A stretch of DNA of 53,821 nt. Source: a virus (taxonomy: Duplodnaviria > Caudoviricetes). Of this stretch, positions 9,539 to 19,251 are shown piece by piece (the first letter of the stretch is position 1; each line of letters opens with the position of its first letter). Position numbers and translations under genes: made by a program. The notes beneath the pieces are model-generated. The model had not been told where the DNA came from. It did no database searches and was given only the letters and a program-made list of their open reading frames with translations. The DNA lies in IMG/VR virus record IMGVR_UViG_3300006124_000002, positions 1-53,821 of that record. One strand, written 5' to 3'.

Positions 9539-10546
9539 TTAGTATCCCATGTTATACAATGCTCCCGGTGGAGCTTGTGAAATTGGAGTCATATTCATCC
9601 CATTGTATTGTGTTAATGGGCTTGTTGCGGCAGGAATTCCTCCAAGAGTTGCGGCGGCTCCCTGTCCAGAAGGACTCAACGAGTTCAAATAATTGGCTTT
9701 GTTCATTGCGGAGTATCCTTCCAACCCAAGTTGACCCAATTGTAATCCAAGCTGATTCTGTTGCTGGTTCTGCAACTGGTTGGCTTGATACTGGTTAAAT
9801 CCTGCTTGGTATTGACTCTCTGCCAATTGATTGCCTTGTCCAGCGGCGGCATTGGCAAGTTGTGCCCCTATTCCAGCGGCTGATAGCGTACCTTGCAATC
9901 CCGCTTCAAATCCAACAGTCGGGGAAACCACCATTGTATTTGCCAATTGTTGCCATGTAGGGGCGGCACTCAATCCATATTGGGAAAGGCCAAGGCTTGT
10001 CTGACCAATGTTACGGGCAAAATTCTGTGGGGCTTGTCCACCACCAGAGAAAAGATTGAATCCTCCACCAAGATTCTGTGCTACTTGGCGATTGATATTC
10101 TGCTGAACATCTTGTGGGATTTGACCTTGGATGTAGGAGTTGATTTGCTTTTGAGCAAGTTCCCTTTGCGCTTGTGATCCCGGCGTTACACGATTCTGGA
10201 GATTGATTTGCTGTTGAGTTGCTTGACGAGCAAAGTCTTGTCCAAGATTCAAAGCATTTTGAGATGCTTGACCATACAGATTCTGACCAAATTGGGATGC
10301 TTGTCCCGCCATTTGAGCATATTGTTTGTTCTCCAAATCCAATGCCTGTTGAGGATTGAATTGAGGAACACCAGATCCTGTACTAGATCCACCGCCAAGC
10401 AAACCAGAACCTCCTAATCCACCAATTAGCCCACCAGCAATTGCCCCCACAGCAGTACCAATACCGGGCACTACGGAACCCAATGAAGCTCCTGTTGCGG
10501 CTCCCCCTAAAGCCCCTCCTGCTGTTCCCATTGTTGAAAATGCCAT
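9539..10546 (-). CDS. Ejection / DNA pilot-like protein with N-terminal glycine zipper, 335 aa
   Basis: GTAGGALGGAATGASLGSVVPGIGTAVGAIAGGLIGG followed by Q-rich helices; position fits podovirus ejection proteins. Confidence 0.65.
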   Translation of the reverse strand: MAFSTMGTAGGALGGAATGASLGSVVPGIGTAVGAIAGGLIGGLGGSGLLGGGSSTGSGVPQFNPQQALDLENKQYAQMAGQASQFGQNLYGQASQNALNLGQDFARQATQQQINLQNRVTPGSQAQRELAQKQINSYIQGQIPQDVQQNINRQVAQNLGGGFNLFSGGGQAPQNFARNIGQTSLGLSQYGLSAAPTWQQLANTMVVSPTVGFEAGLQGTLSAAGIGAQLANAAAGQGNQLAESQYQAGFNQYQANQLQNQQQNQLGLQLGQLGLEGYSAMNKANYLNSLSPSGQGAAATLGGIPAATSPLTQYNGMNMTPISQAPPGALYNMGY

Positions 10547-10577
10547 ATTCGTGTTATATTATATTTGTTTAATTATA

Positions 10578-11585
10578 TCAATAGGGCCATGTAGCCCCAT
10601 CATCCCACACATATGTCGGAATCAGAGCATTGAGCATCATGTTGTTTGAGAACTGGCGAATCGTGCTACCAGTAGGTTCTTCCCTATCAGCGGTTTCCCT
10701 ATTGACTTCAAATATTGCATTCTGGAGAGAGGTAGCATAAAGTTGGTCGCTACCTTTGTTCTCACGATAGACAACCGCCATCACAGCAGAGATCATTGCC
10801 TCTGGCGTAAACTCCACTTGGTCAGTCAGATTGAACAAGTCTTGGTAATTCTTCTTGCAGTACAGGATCACCGAATCCCTTACTCTACCCTGTATGGCAT
10901 ACTTCCTAAAGGATGGGTTGACATCCTGTGGTTGATAAATGGACAACAACATCAAGGCATTGTTGTCGGGATTCCAAGAATACAACCTTACCCTGCCAGT
11001 AGTTTGGGTCTTGGTGACTTGGAAAACGGTCTTGAAGAAGTTGGTCGAGTAAGTATATGCAGGAGCAACTCCAAGTGTGATCGTCTCGCTGATCCTCGTT
11101 CCGTATGCGTCTTCGCCAAAAAAGGTGAGTTGCGCCCCGGCATCGGTAGGAGACTCGGCTTCTATGGCGAGTTGATAGGGTGCGTAATCGTAATTCTGGA
11201 AGGTGATGTGTTTGCCGCCAATCTCAATGAACTTCTTGTTTCCACCATTCCAAGCATATCCCTGTCCCCAACCGTTCCCATATCCACCGCTCGCGGCATC
11301 GCCCCATGAGTCTTGGGGAATGCTCTGATACCATTCGTTGCCAAGGGATACAGGAACTCCATCAATCCATGCCAACCTTACTTGCTTGTACAGGCTAGGA
11401 AGCGTCAGAACATTGTTGACGCACTTGATGCAGACATATTCGCAAGTAGCATCCGTATCGGTCTTGTTCCAGAGCAATGATCTTGCCTTATTCATGTATT
11501 GCAATTGCAATACTTGGTTACAAGTGCCGCTATTTCCCGCATAGGGACGGATAGCGTTCAGAATGTATGCCACATCGTAGAGCAT
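10578..11585 (-). CDS. Virion structural protein, probable head-tail adaptor (tail tubular protein A-like), 335 aa
   Basis: Helical N- and C-termini around a beta-rich core; located in the tail module. Assigned from position and pattern. Confidence 0.45.
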   Translation of the reverse strand: MLYDVAYILNAIRPYAGNSGTCNQVLQLQYMNKARSLLWNKTDTDATCEYVCIKCVNNVLTLPSLYKQVRLAWIDGVPVSLGNEWYQSIPQDSWGDAASGGYGNGWGQGYAWNGGNKKFIEIGGKHITFQNYDYAPYQLAIEAESPTDAGAQLTFFGEDAYGTRISETITLGVAPAYTYSTNFFKTVFQVTKTQTTGRVRLYSWNPDNNALMLLSIYQPQDVNPSFRKYAIQGRVRDSVILYCKKNYQDLFNLTDQVEFTPEAMISAVMAVVYRENKGSDQLYATSLQNAIFEVNRETADREEPTGSTIRQFSNNMMLNALIPTYVWDDGATWPY

Positions 11586-11589
11586 AAGA

Positions 11590-11757
11590 TTAGATCATTT
11601 CGCCACGGTTAATCGGATGGCCCGCAAGATTGCGGGTCATTGGACGCTTTGGCCCTGTTACGGACTTCAAAGCATTGAGCTTAATTGATGGAGCCGCTTT
11701 AACCTTGAGCATTTTGCCCCTCATCGCTCCAAGTTTTGGGAGCTTTGGGAGAGGCAT
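11590..11757 (-). CDS. Small basic protein, 55 aa (MPLPKLPKLGAMRGKMLKVK...)
   Basis: Hand-translated; fills the gap between adjacent genes; below the ORF-track cutoff. Confidence 0.6.
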   Translation of the reverse strand: MPLPKLPKLGAMRGKMLKVKAAPSIKLNALKSVTGPKRPMTRNLAGHPINRGEMI

Positions 11758-11760
11758 ATG

Positions 11761-12012
11761 CTAGAGGAAATCGCTATGGAAGGGAGATCCCTTGCCCATA
11801 GAAGTCTCATTGGCGGGGCCACCTACAGAGAAAACTCTTTGGTTGGCTTCACCAATGGCTTTGATACGGGCGGTACGGGCATCCTTGTAAGCACGAATCG
11901 TAGGAATGTCTCCCTTGATCTGAACGCTCTGCATTGGTTGAGGCATTGCATGATCAGAGACAATCCCACGCTCGGTCTTATCAACCGTGTATTGAACGCC
12001 GTGAGATGCCAT
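11761..12012 (-). CDS. Hypothetical protein, 83 aa (MASHGVQY...)
   Basis: ATG at 12012 lies just after the stop of the upstream ORF. Confidence 0.65.
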   Translation of the reverse strand: MASHGVQYTVDKTERGIVSDHAMPQPMQSVQIKGDIPTIRAYKDARTARIKAIGEANQRVFSVGGPANETSMGKGSPFHSDFL

Positions 12013-12013
12013 A

Positions 12014-12196
12014 TTATTTCTTGGAAGATCCACGACCGGGGCTGGTCGGTTCGGGTTGGAGCTTGCCAGCATAGAAAATGCCGCTGAACTCCGTACCGCG
12101 AGGATTGTTGCTCATGTTTTCCTTGACGGTTCCACGGGTGGAAAAGCCTTCGGATTGGAGCTTGGGCTGTGTTGCCCTATTGATGTCCTTTGCCAT
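12014..12196 (-). CDS. Hypothetical protein, 60 aa
   Basis: ORF with an A/C-rich leader, tightly packed in the operon. Confidence 0.65.
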   Translation of the reverse strand: MAKDINRATQPKLQSEGFSTRGTVKENMSNNPRGTEFSGIFYAGKLQPEPTSPGRGSSKK

Positions 12197-12227
12197 ATGG
12201 GTTGTTTAGTTTGGGGTTATGTTGAGG

Positions 12228-12716
12228 TTAAGATGTTGTTAAAGAGAATACTTGCCAGTTAATGGAAGTAATTGCGTCACCAGCGGCTATGTCTGTTCTT
12301 AATGAAAATCCTGTGGCAGTTTTTGTTCCACCAACAATTGCCCACATTTGAGGAGTCGTTCCAGTATTTGTTGCAGTAGAAGATACAAATTCAATGTAAA
12401 TCTGATAATTTGAATTTGGCATTGGAGAGGAAAATGTAATTGCATTTACATTTGTTCCAGTAGCGGGAGATGGAATTGTTCCGCTTCTAATGTTGCTCGT
12501 CAGAGCATCATATTCATTCTGTAGATTCTGGATGTTCTGATTGATTGTAGCAATCTGTTGAGGCGTAACTTGTCCAAGGCCGGGGATATTTACCGTACCA
12601 TTGTTCAGATAAAGCTGAATAAAACTGTTCAGAATGTCACTCCACTTGCCCTCTGGACAATAGTTAGCTGGCACTACTGGAAACAATAGTTGGGCTGGTG
12701 AACTCTGATTCTGCAT
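12228..12716 (-). CDS. Tail-associated protein with a short coiled coil and a C-terminal fibre-type beta domain, 162 aa
   Basis: C-terminal ITFSSPMPNSNYQI...KTATGFSL...INWQVF pattern typical of fibre tip/H-type lectin-like domains. Confidence 0.55.
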   Translation of the reverse strand: MQNQSSPAQLLFPVVPANYCPEGKWSDILNSFIQLYLNNGTVNIPGLGQVTPQQIATINQNIQNLQNEYDALTSNIRSGTIPSPATGTNVNAITFSSPMPNSNYQIYIEFVSSTATNTGTTPQMWAIVGGTKTATGFSLRTDIAAGDAITSINWQVFSLTTS

Positions 12717-12760
12717 AATTGGTTAAGTTATAGAGTTGTTTTTGATTTGAAGCAATACTT

Positions 12761-14962
12761 TTAACCAGCAACTGAATATACCGCTGTGGACAGAGGGACA
12801 ATTCGGTAGTAATCAAGATCGGGTTGGCAGGAACATTGGATTGGAGTTGGATCATTATAGAAAGTATCCGGGCAATCTCCCTGTGGAAGATCCAGAGAGT
12901 CATTGAATATGCCAGAAAGCCTTACCCTATCGACAATGCACGAACCTTGAATATCAATCTTCAATTGAAACTCTGCTCCTTCTTGATTTGAGTTCTGTGC
13001 AAAAGTTTCACACTCATTGATGTCTGGAGAAGGGAATTTAAGTTGCTGATAGCGGGGCTGTGATACAGCAGGAACGCATCCGTTTGTCACAAGGGTACAT
13101 TCATCCAACCCAACCGTGATGGGTTGAGAAAGCGTGGTGAAGCAGGGATAAGAATCTGGTCTAAACTCGCAAGAGATAGTAACGGCTTCCTTTAGGTTTG
13201 AAATCCAGACTTCTCCACCAGCAAGTTGTTTGCGAACAAACTTTGATGCTCCGGGGTTGGGAACAAAGTCAAAACGCTTGGTAATAAAATATGATCCAAT
13301 TGGAACGCTACCATATTGGACAGAGTAATCATCAACTCCTGTGAGGAGTGAACTGCTGTTGGCAAGTTCATAAAGCCTGTTCACGCCATCAGCATCAAAC
13401 GAGAAAGCAAATCCACGCTGTACCCCATTGATTTGAGCAGTAGCAAGTTGTGTGGGTTGTGGCCCCTCCCAAAGACCATTCCAGCGAGTAGGCATGGAAG
13501 CATCTGGTGATATCCTGCTTTCTTGCTCCACATCCAGAACAATCATTGCCCTGCTAGGACGATGAAGCCCATAATTTGGATTGGAATTGGCAACTGTGAA
13601 TGGGGAAACCGTAGCAATCAGTCTATTGTCAAAGAACATTGCTGACTCAAATTGCCTCAACCAAGGAGTATCGTAATTAACCCAAGGCTGAACCTCACGG
13701 GAGATTTTGCGGAATGACAAAGCCTCATAGAAATCTACTTGAGCATTGTTATAGAAAGCCCATCCATCGTCAGAACGGAAATAGACATCGTTGTTTACTC
13801 CACAAATACTCCAAGGAGAACGGCAACCTCTTCCAATTAGGGATACCTTTTGAATGTTGTTGGCTTGCCAAGTTGTCCTGTCTTGAGAGAGATCAAGCGT
13901 GAATGATCCATTCTCACAAAAGACCACAAGTTCACCCTGTCCACGCACATTGATATTGAGTGAAGGCATTACCCTCATCCCTGTAATCAATCCAAGGTTA
14001 GCAGGGGGAGTAAATGATCCTCCCTCGGCCCAATAGGTTTGTTCCGTGAAGTTTTGGGTATTGGATGTGGTTGTGAATCCGTTTCCGTAAATGATGTCGG
14101 AAACATAAATGTTGTTTGCGGCGGTACTCACGGCTACGCGCCCGTATGCATATGCCATGATTGTCCCAATAGGCATCTGTTGCTTTACGGGATTGAGCCT
14201 GTATACCGTGTTGTTTTGTGCCGTTGTTTGGGAAATATTGGATGCGGCAGTCGTAGCAATGTTTGACCAAGGGGTAAACGATCCATCTGGATATACGCTA
14301 CGAACTTGGAATGCGTATGATTGAGTAGATGAAGATGCGCTAAAATTATAGCGGGTTTGATTGTATGGTACGGATGCCACATCAAAAAATACGCTACCGT
14401 TGTATTGGCATTGTATTTGATTGGTTTTTGCTCCCGGTGCATTGTCAGTCCAAGTCAATGCAATTGTTGTTAATCCATCCCCTTGTGCTTGAAGATTGGT
14501 TGGTGTTCCAGAAATGTCTCCAGACCATGCAATAGGATCTTGGTATCCATTTTGGATGTACATCCAATCCTCTGCTTGCACAAACCAAGTGTGCATCATG
14601 GTCGGATCGTTTCCGCTAATCAATTTATATAGCGTCCCAATGTTGTTGACTATGGAAAGGAAATAAATAGTTCCAGCAACAGCTACAACAAACCCATCCG
14701 CTGATCCTGTCTTTATTGATTTGTAGGGCCAAGCTCCTTGGAAGTTTCCAGTTTGGAAATCAGAAAGTATTGATGGGTCTTGCCCATATGCTGGCGTGAT
14801 TGGAATCTCCGTAAACGGAGGACGAGTCGAATTAATACCTTGGCGAAAGGATCTGTTTACGCAAGACGAAACATATTCTGCTGGCAAGATTGAAGGATGC
14901 GTTTCCGCATCCATTCCAATCGTTACAGTAGAGCCATCGTAAACTCTTCCATCCTGTGCCAT
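12761..14962 (-). CDS. Tail nozzle / DNA stabilisation protein (tail tubular protein B-like) with an inserted fibronectin type III domain, 733 aa
   Basis: Beta-propeller-like repeats (GRGCRSPWSI..VNNDVYFRSDDG..., ISREVQPW); FN3-like segment TPTNLQA...LTWTDNA...YAFQVRS...WSN. Confidence 0.65.
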   Translation of the reverse strand: MAQDGRVYDGSTVTIGMDAETHPSILPAEYVSSCVNRSFRQGINSTRPPFTEIPITPAYGQDPSILSDFQTGNFQGAWPYKSIKTGSADGFVVAVAGTIYFLSIVNNIGTLYKLISGNDPTMMHTWFVQAEDWMYIQNGYQDPIAWSGDISGTPTNLQAQGDGLTTIALTWTDNAPGAKTNQIQCQYNGSVFFDVASVPYNQTRYNFSASSSTQSYAFQVRSVYPDGSFTPWSNIATTAASNISQTTAQNNTVYRLNPVKQQMPIGTIMAYAYGRVAVSTAANNIYVSDIIYGNGFTTTSNTQNFTEQTYWAEGGSFTPPANLGLITGMRVMPSLNINVRGQGELVVFCENGSFTLDLSQDRTTWQANNIQKVSLIGRGCRSPWSICGVNNDVYFRSDDGWAFYNNAQVDFYEALSFRKISREVQPWVNYDTPWLRQFESAMFFDNRLIATVSPFTVANSNPNYGLHRPSRAMIVLDVEQESRISPDASMPTRWNGLWEGPQPTQLATAQINGVQRGFAFSFDADGVNRLYELANSSSLLTGVDDYSVQYGSVPIGSYFITKRFDFVPNPGASKFVRKQLAGGEVWISNLKEAVTISCEFRPDSYPCFTTLSQPITVGLDECTLVTNGCVPAVSQPRYQQLKFPSPDINECETFAQNSNQEGAEFQLKIDIQGSCIVDRVRLSGIFNDSLDLPQGDCPDTFYNDPTPIQCSCQPDLDYYRIVPLSTAVYSVAG

Positions 14963-14965
14963 GAA

Positions 14966-16375
14966 TTAGAAGATGCTTAAACTGCAACCAGCAACAGTTA
15001 ATTGAATCAATGGGCTATTTGTCGTTCCCTGTGCAACTGCAAGATTGATATTGTATCCAAAAGAACCAGCAACAGGGACATCAAAATTAGCATAGTTTGA
15101 GCTATTTGCCGCTATTCCGGCAACCGTGCATGATCCATAAACTTCTTGATTGTATGCAACCCATGTATGGGTTGTTCCGCTTGTTCCATAACTATTGGAT
15201 ACGGCACAAGTTATGTATTGGTTTACTGGTTGATTTAGTGCGGACAAAAGCAATGTTGCTTTGGAGGCAATTGAAGCAGGAGGAAGTCCCGTAACTTGTC
15301 CACCAAAGAAAACATAAGTGCTTGCGTTTAAAGTGGGGGAACTTTGTGGTTGATCAGTTAAACCAAAATAAACATTTCTTCCGTATTGAGTATAATATGA
15401 AGAAATCTGGTTATTGAAACCACTATAGAAAACACCAATCAGCCTGTAATAACCTGTTGCTCCTCCATATCCACCAAGGTTTGTTTGGCTTGGTTGTGAG
15501 CTTTGGCTTGATCCAACAACACTAAATGAGGAAGTTGCGGAATTGTAAATGGCATAAACATAATAATAGTTACTTGCCGTTGTAACTGCTGTATCCATTG
15601 AACCAGCACCTGTAGCCGTATTGATGTTCAACTGATAAGTAGCTCCACTTCCACTTTTTACAATTTGCGCTCCTGTAGCAAAATTGGTCAATACCAAGCT
15701 ACCATAAGAAACAAGAATACTATTAGCTGTATTGTAAACCAAGCTGATTGATTGGGCATCAATGAAGGCTGGTGTATTTGGTGTGGCAAATGCGGGAACA
15801 CCGCTAACCATTGTCAAAACTTGACCATTAGTTCCAAGTGATGCCTCAGCAACCGTTCCACTAGACCTATAAACAACACCATCATTTGGGATAATGTTGT
15901 CAATGGTTCCCCAAGTAGTCGTGCTTCCGCTTGGAGCAACAACAGGGAATTGGGCTTTAGATAAAAGGCTTGATGCGGGAGCAAGTTCCACCAATTGCCC
16001 GGTTGCCGTTGTCGCTTGCAAACTAACTCCTGTAGTTCCATACACAGGAGATTGATATGCTTGACCCGTTGCCGTGTTGTCTGGAGGAGCAATATAAATT
16101 GGCTTGCTTGAAGAACCATCCCCCCAAGAAACATTTCCAACATTATTGTAGGTCAGAATGCTTTGCGCTTTAGTGTTTGTAGCAGTTGCAGTAAAAGTAG
16201 GAACTGTGTACTTGCAAAAAGAGGAATCTTCACCAACAAGACGAACAATATTCCCATCGTTAAGTGCGGTGCAATAAGTTGGGAAGTTGGGATTGCAAGC
16301 CGGGGGAGCATACTGAACGGTGTTTGCACACCCGCATCCTCCACCCCATCCGTTGTAGTTGTTTCCGCAAGACAT
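14966..16375 (-). CDS. Tail fibre protein, 469 aa
   Basis: S/T/G/N-rich; GTNGQVLTMVSGVPAF fibre motif; YYYVYAIY...YYRLIG pattern. Confidence 0.65.
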   Translation of the reverse strand: MSCGNNYNGWGGGCGCANTVQYAPPACNPNFPTYCTALNDGNIVRLVGEDSSFCKYTVPTFTATATNTKAQSILTYNNVGNVSWGDGSSSKPIYIAPPDNTATGQAYQSPVYGTTGVSLQATTATGQLVELAPASSLLSKAQFPVVAPSGSTTTWGTIDNIIPNDGVVYRSSGTVAEASLGTNGQVLTMVSGVPAFATPNTPAFIDAQSISLVYNTANSILVSYGSLVLTNFATGAQIVKSGSGATYQLNINTATGAGSMDTAVTTASNYYYVYAIYNSATSSFSVVGSSQSSQPSQTNLGGYGGATGYYRLIGVFYSGFNNQISSYYTQYGRNVYFGLTDQPQSSPTLNASTYVFFGGQVTGLPPASIASKATLLLSALNQPVNQYITCAVSNSYGTSGTTHTWVAYNQEVYGSCTVAGIAANSSNYANFDVPVAGSFGYNINLAVAQGTTNSPLIQLTVAGCSLSIF

Positions 16376-16423
16376 AGATCAATAAGTTGTATTTGGTTTA
16401 TGAGAAATTTGCAATATAGATTG

Positions 16424-17245
16424 TTATCTAACTCGACGAGCTTCAATTGTTCCAAAAGCAGATAAAGATCCAGAAAAATTAGAAGAGGCAATAAGATAAA
16501 CTACAGTTGTAGTAGATGCTGGAATATTTACCCTTTGAATCCTAATTGGCATACCAAGAGTGCTAACTCCAAGTACTCCTAAAGTAATTTGAGACATTTG
16601 CAAAATACTGTAAGTATCTTGGCCTCCAAAAGCATTTGGTGTTCCAACATTAATTCCTTGTTGGATAAGTGTTACCAGAGCAGTTGCTGTTGTAGATGGA
16701 TTAACATAATCTACTTGTCCTCGAACATCCCAATCTCCAGAAGTAAGAGTAATTGAAGTTACAGTTTTTGGAGCATTTCCACTTAAAGCTACTGCTGATG
16801 CTTGAGCAACAGATGATGTAATAAACTCTCCATACAATCCAGTTCCACCAACTGCTGTATTTGTGCCATTGCTTGTAGATCCATTTGTAACTCCTGTTAC
16901 TCCTGTTTGCCATAAAGTTGCAGTTCCACTAGAATTAGTAGTAAGGATTTGATTTGGCGTTCCCAATCCAGAAACAGTTTGATTATAAAAACCCCATTTT
17001 CCAGAAGAATTTGCACCTAAAATAAATGTTGGAGAACCAGATACTTGTTGAATGTTTGGCAACGAAATAGGAGATTGCGCTGACCCATCACCAAATCGGG
17101 TAACGCTACCATCGAACAATACCAACGATGGGTTTAATGGCGAATTAAGCCTGTTGATCTGGCTACCATTCTGCCATACAAGCGGCCCCTGTCCCTGGGC
17201 GGTAGGAGGGATAATGCTAATTGGTACTGTATTGAAGCAGGGCAT
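16424..17245 (-). CDS. Tail fibre-like protein, ~273 aa
   Basis: GTPNQILTTNSSG fibre motif; C-terminal TSITLTSGDWDVRGQV...TVVYL...GTIEARRVR domain; likely start MPCFNT at 17245. Confidence 0.6.
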   Translation of the reverse strand: MPCFNTVPISIIPPTAQGQGPLVWQNGSQINRLNSPLNPSLVLFDGSVTRFGDGSAQSPISLPNIQQVSGSPTFILGANSSGKWGFYNQTVSGLGTPNQILTTNSSGTATLWQTGVTGVTNGSTSNGTNTAVGGTGLYGEFITSSVAQASAVALSGNAPKTVTSITLTSGDWDVRGQVDYVNPSTTATALVTLIQQGINVGTPNAFGGQDTYSILQMSQITLGVLGVSTLGMPIRIQRVNIPASTTTVVYLIASSNFSGSLSAFGTIEARRVR

Positions 17246-17246
17246 A

Positions 17247-17522
17247 TCAGTTAAATGAGGATACAGGCACAAGAGAAAGAGTGCCAGTAGCGGTTACTCC
17301 AACCACAAATTGGATGTTGGAACGAGTAGTTTGCTGAAGGTACGGAAGGGAAATAGGAAGCTGAACCGATCCATCTGCCACAACAAACGCTTGACCATTC
17401 CATGTCTGGAGAGATGGGTTAGATCCCGGCACAATTGGATACGGTTGCCCACAACCACAATAGTTACTGCTCCCGCCAAGCGGGTTGTTACTGCAACAAG
17501 ATTGTCCGTTCTGGTAATTCAT
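17247..17522 (-). CDS. Small Cys-rich tail-associated protein, 91 aa
   Basis: Shares the DGS..PISLP..QQ motif with the downstream fibre gene. Confidence 0.6.
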   Translation of the reverse strand: MNYQNGQSCCSNNPLGGSSNYCGCGQPYPIVPGSNPSLQTWNGQAFVVADGSVQLPISLPYLQQTTRSNIQFVVGVTATGTLSLVPVSSFN

Positions 17523-18079
17523 TATGCAAAGGTTTTGACCATCTGCTGGTCACGATTCAACCAACCGCGCAGATTATTACGCAAGTCGGGCCTTCTGTCA
17601 GCAATATCTTTATAATGCTGATCATTGTATTCAGCAATCTTGAGTGCCAGTTGGTGAGCATCTTCTTGAGATGCGGCTTTTTCTGTTTGAGGGCCAATCT
17701 TTCCATCAATCGTGATGTGAACTCCCAAAGCATTGATTGATTGTTGGAGGATCTTAAAAGCGGTTCCTAGCCCCTCATTTACGGCTATATTGGCAATCTC
17801 TTCTCCTACTCCATTGGGAAGAAGATCAGCCCTAGATTCAGCCCAATAGCTATCATGATAAGTATCTGCAACCCATTGAGGAGTGGGATGGTCTGGAAGC
17901 TGATCATCCCTTTGGGTCAGTCCACAGAATGTGATCCCGGCCCCATCGTGATCATCCTCCCTCAAAATGTTTCCATCCTGTCCAATCGTAGCTTCAGCCT
18001 CACAAATGAAGTTCAACCAAAAACAAAACCTTTCGGGGAATTTTGTTTTAGCCGCACTAATGATGTCGCTGATTGTCAT
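17522..18079 (-). CDS. Endolysin, glycoside hydrolase family 108-like with a C-terminal peptidoglycan-binding region
   Basis: E...D.DGAGITFCGLT, YHDSYW, AVNEGLGTAFKILQ, IDGKIGPQT and NLRGWLNR motifs. Confidence 0.8.
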   Translation of the reverse strand: MTISDIISAAKTKFPERFCFWLNFICEAEATIGQDGNILREDDHDGAGITFCGLTQRDDQLPDHPTPQWVADTYHDSYWAESRADLLPNGVGEEIANIAVNEGLGTAFKILQQSINALGVHITIDGKIGPQTEKAASQEDAHQLALKIAEYNDQHYKDIADRRPDLRNNLRGWLNRDQQMVKTFA

Positions 18080-18381
18080 AGATCCTTGGTCTGAATTGGG
18101 TGAGTTGGTTCTATTGATTCGTCTTGATTATCAATGGAGTCAGACTCAAATGGCTTCTGAATCAGCTTTGATCCACGATTGGCGGCAAAAATGGATGCTA
18201 CCCAAGTCAATGCTGATGAAGGATTAAATTGATTCTCTGGATGGAAGTGATGAGAAATCACGGTGTATCCAATAAGAACAGTAAAGGCACAAACAAGAAT
18301 AATTTCCCACACAAGAAAGGAAATACGGAGACTTGATGGAGTCCCGTTGCTTTCGCTTATAATGCCCTTAATGAAATTCAT
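18076..18381 (-). CDS. Holin-like membrane protein
   Basis: SxGxPSSxR followed by two hydrophobic segments; ATGA-coupled to the endolysin. Confidence 0.6.
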   Translation of the reverse strand: MNFIKGIISESNGTPSSLRISFLVWEIILVCAFTVLIGYTVISHHFHPENQFNPSSALTWVASIFAANRGSKLIQKPFESDSIDNQDESIEPTHPIQTKDL

Positions 18382-18815
18382 GGGATAAAGTGAGAAGCCC
18401 AAACAAGGAAATATCTTCCAGCGGCATATGCGGCGGCAAATCCTAGTGCAAAAAATCCTGCTTCAATTGCCCATTTCCAAGGAGGAAGCACAGGAATCTG
18501 GAAGTTTTGGTATCCAGAAAGGAACCAGAATCCGCATATCACGCTGAACAAATAGATAAGAACATCTCGTTGTTTTGCGTTAGCGTGAGCTTCAAGTTGC
18601 CATTTGTTGGCAAGAAGTGTTTGTTCTTGGAGTTTGATTGCCTGTTCTTGATAATCCGCTTGCGCTTTTTGGAGTTGGATTTTTTCGTCCTGTGCCAACG
18701 CTTGCATATGGCGAACGGTTGCCAGAATATCTGCTCTGCTGATTTCGGCTTTTGATGTGTAAAGAAATGTCGAAAACATCGACATAACGGCAATGATGTG
18801 TACGAGTTTTCTCAT
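18378..18815 (-). CDS. Membrane-anchored coiled-coil protein, possible spanin component
   Basis: N-terminal signal/TM segment, coiled coil and two C-terminal TM segments; inside the lysis cluster. Confidence 0.45.
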   Translation of the reverse strand: MRKLVHIIAVMSMFSTFLYTSKAEISRADILATVRHMQALAQDEKIQLQKAQADYQEQAIKLQEQTLLANKWQLEAHANAKQRDVLIYLFSVICGFWFLSGYQNFQIPVLPPWKWAIEAGFFALGFAAAYAAGRYFLVWASHFIP

Positions 18816-18976
18816 TTTGTAGACATGAGGTATTTTTCTACAACGACTGCTTTTCCATCTATCCTATCAATATCAGAAATGGCGGCATTCAAATGCGGGT
18901 CTTGTGTGGGGAATGTACTCACAGGGGCATGAGTGCATCCAACAAAAAACATAACAATGAATGGAAGGTATTTCAT
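18812..18976 (-). CDS. Small lipoprotein, possible o-spanin, 54 aa
   Basis: MKYLPFIVMFFVG-C lipobox; true start probably 18976 (ATGA overlap with the upstream stop). Confidence 0.55.
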   Translation of the reverse strand: MKYLPFIVMFFVGCTHAPVSTFPTQDPHLNAAISDIDRIDGKAVVVEKYLMSTK

Positions 18977-19248
18977 CGACCAGAAGGAGACTCGCCCTTG
19001 ATGTGGCTTTGAGTTGCGTCCACACTTTCCGACATATCTGGATGACTCTTGTACCAAAGTGATTGAACTCTTGGCTTCATCCAATCGGTATCTTCCGTAA
19101 CCCTTACAAGACTGAAGTGATCTACCAGAACAAACCAAATACCAGCAAAGAAAATAGAGATTGTAGCCAATCCATAAGCCTTGATGTACCCAAGGATTAG
19201 ATTTAGTATTGCTGGTACATCATTATTTGGAGGAAATTCGTTTGCCAT
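18973..19248 (-). CDS. Membrane protein, possible holin/antiholin, 91 aa
   Basis: One strong TM segment; first gene of the lysis cluster. Confidence 0.45.
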   Translation of the reverse strand: MANEFPPNNDVPAILNLILGYIKAYGLATISIFFAGIWFVLVDHFSLVRVTEDTDWMKPRVQSLWYKSHPDMSESVDATQSHIKGESPSGR

Positions 19249-19251
19249 AAA

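Noticed and set aside
10743-11309. 188-aa antisense ORF, and similar ones at 28112-28756 and 6728-7213
   Set aside because: They lie wholly opposite well-supported genes and have no coherent protein features.
11761-12196. Programmed frameshift between the overlapping 60-aa and 103-aa ORFs
   Set aside because: An ATG at 12012 right after the upstream stop explains the second gene without overlap, and no slippery site is evident.
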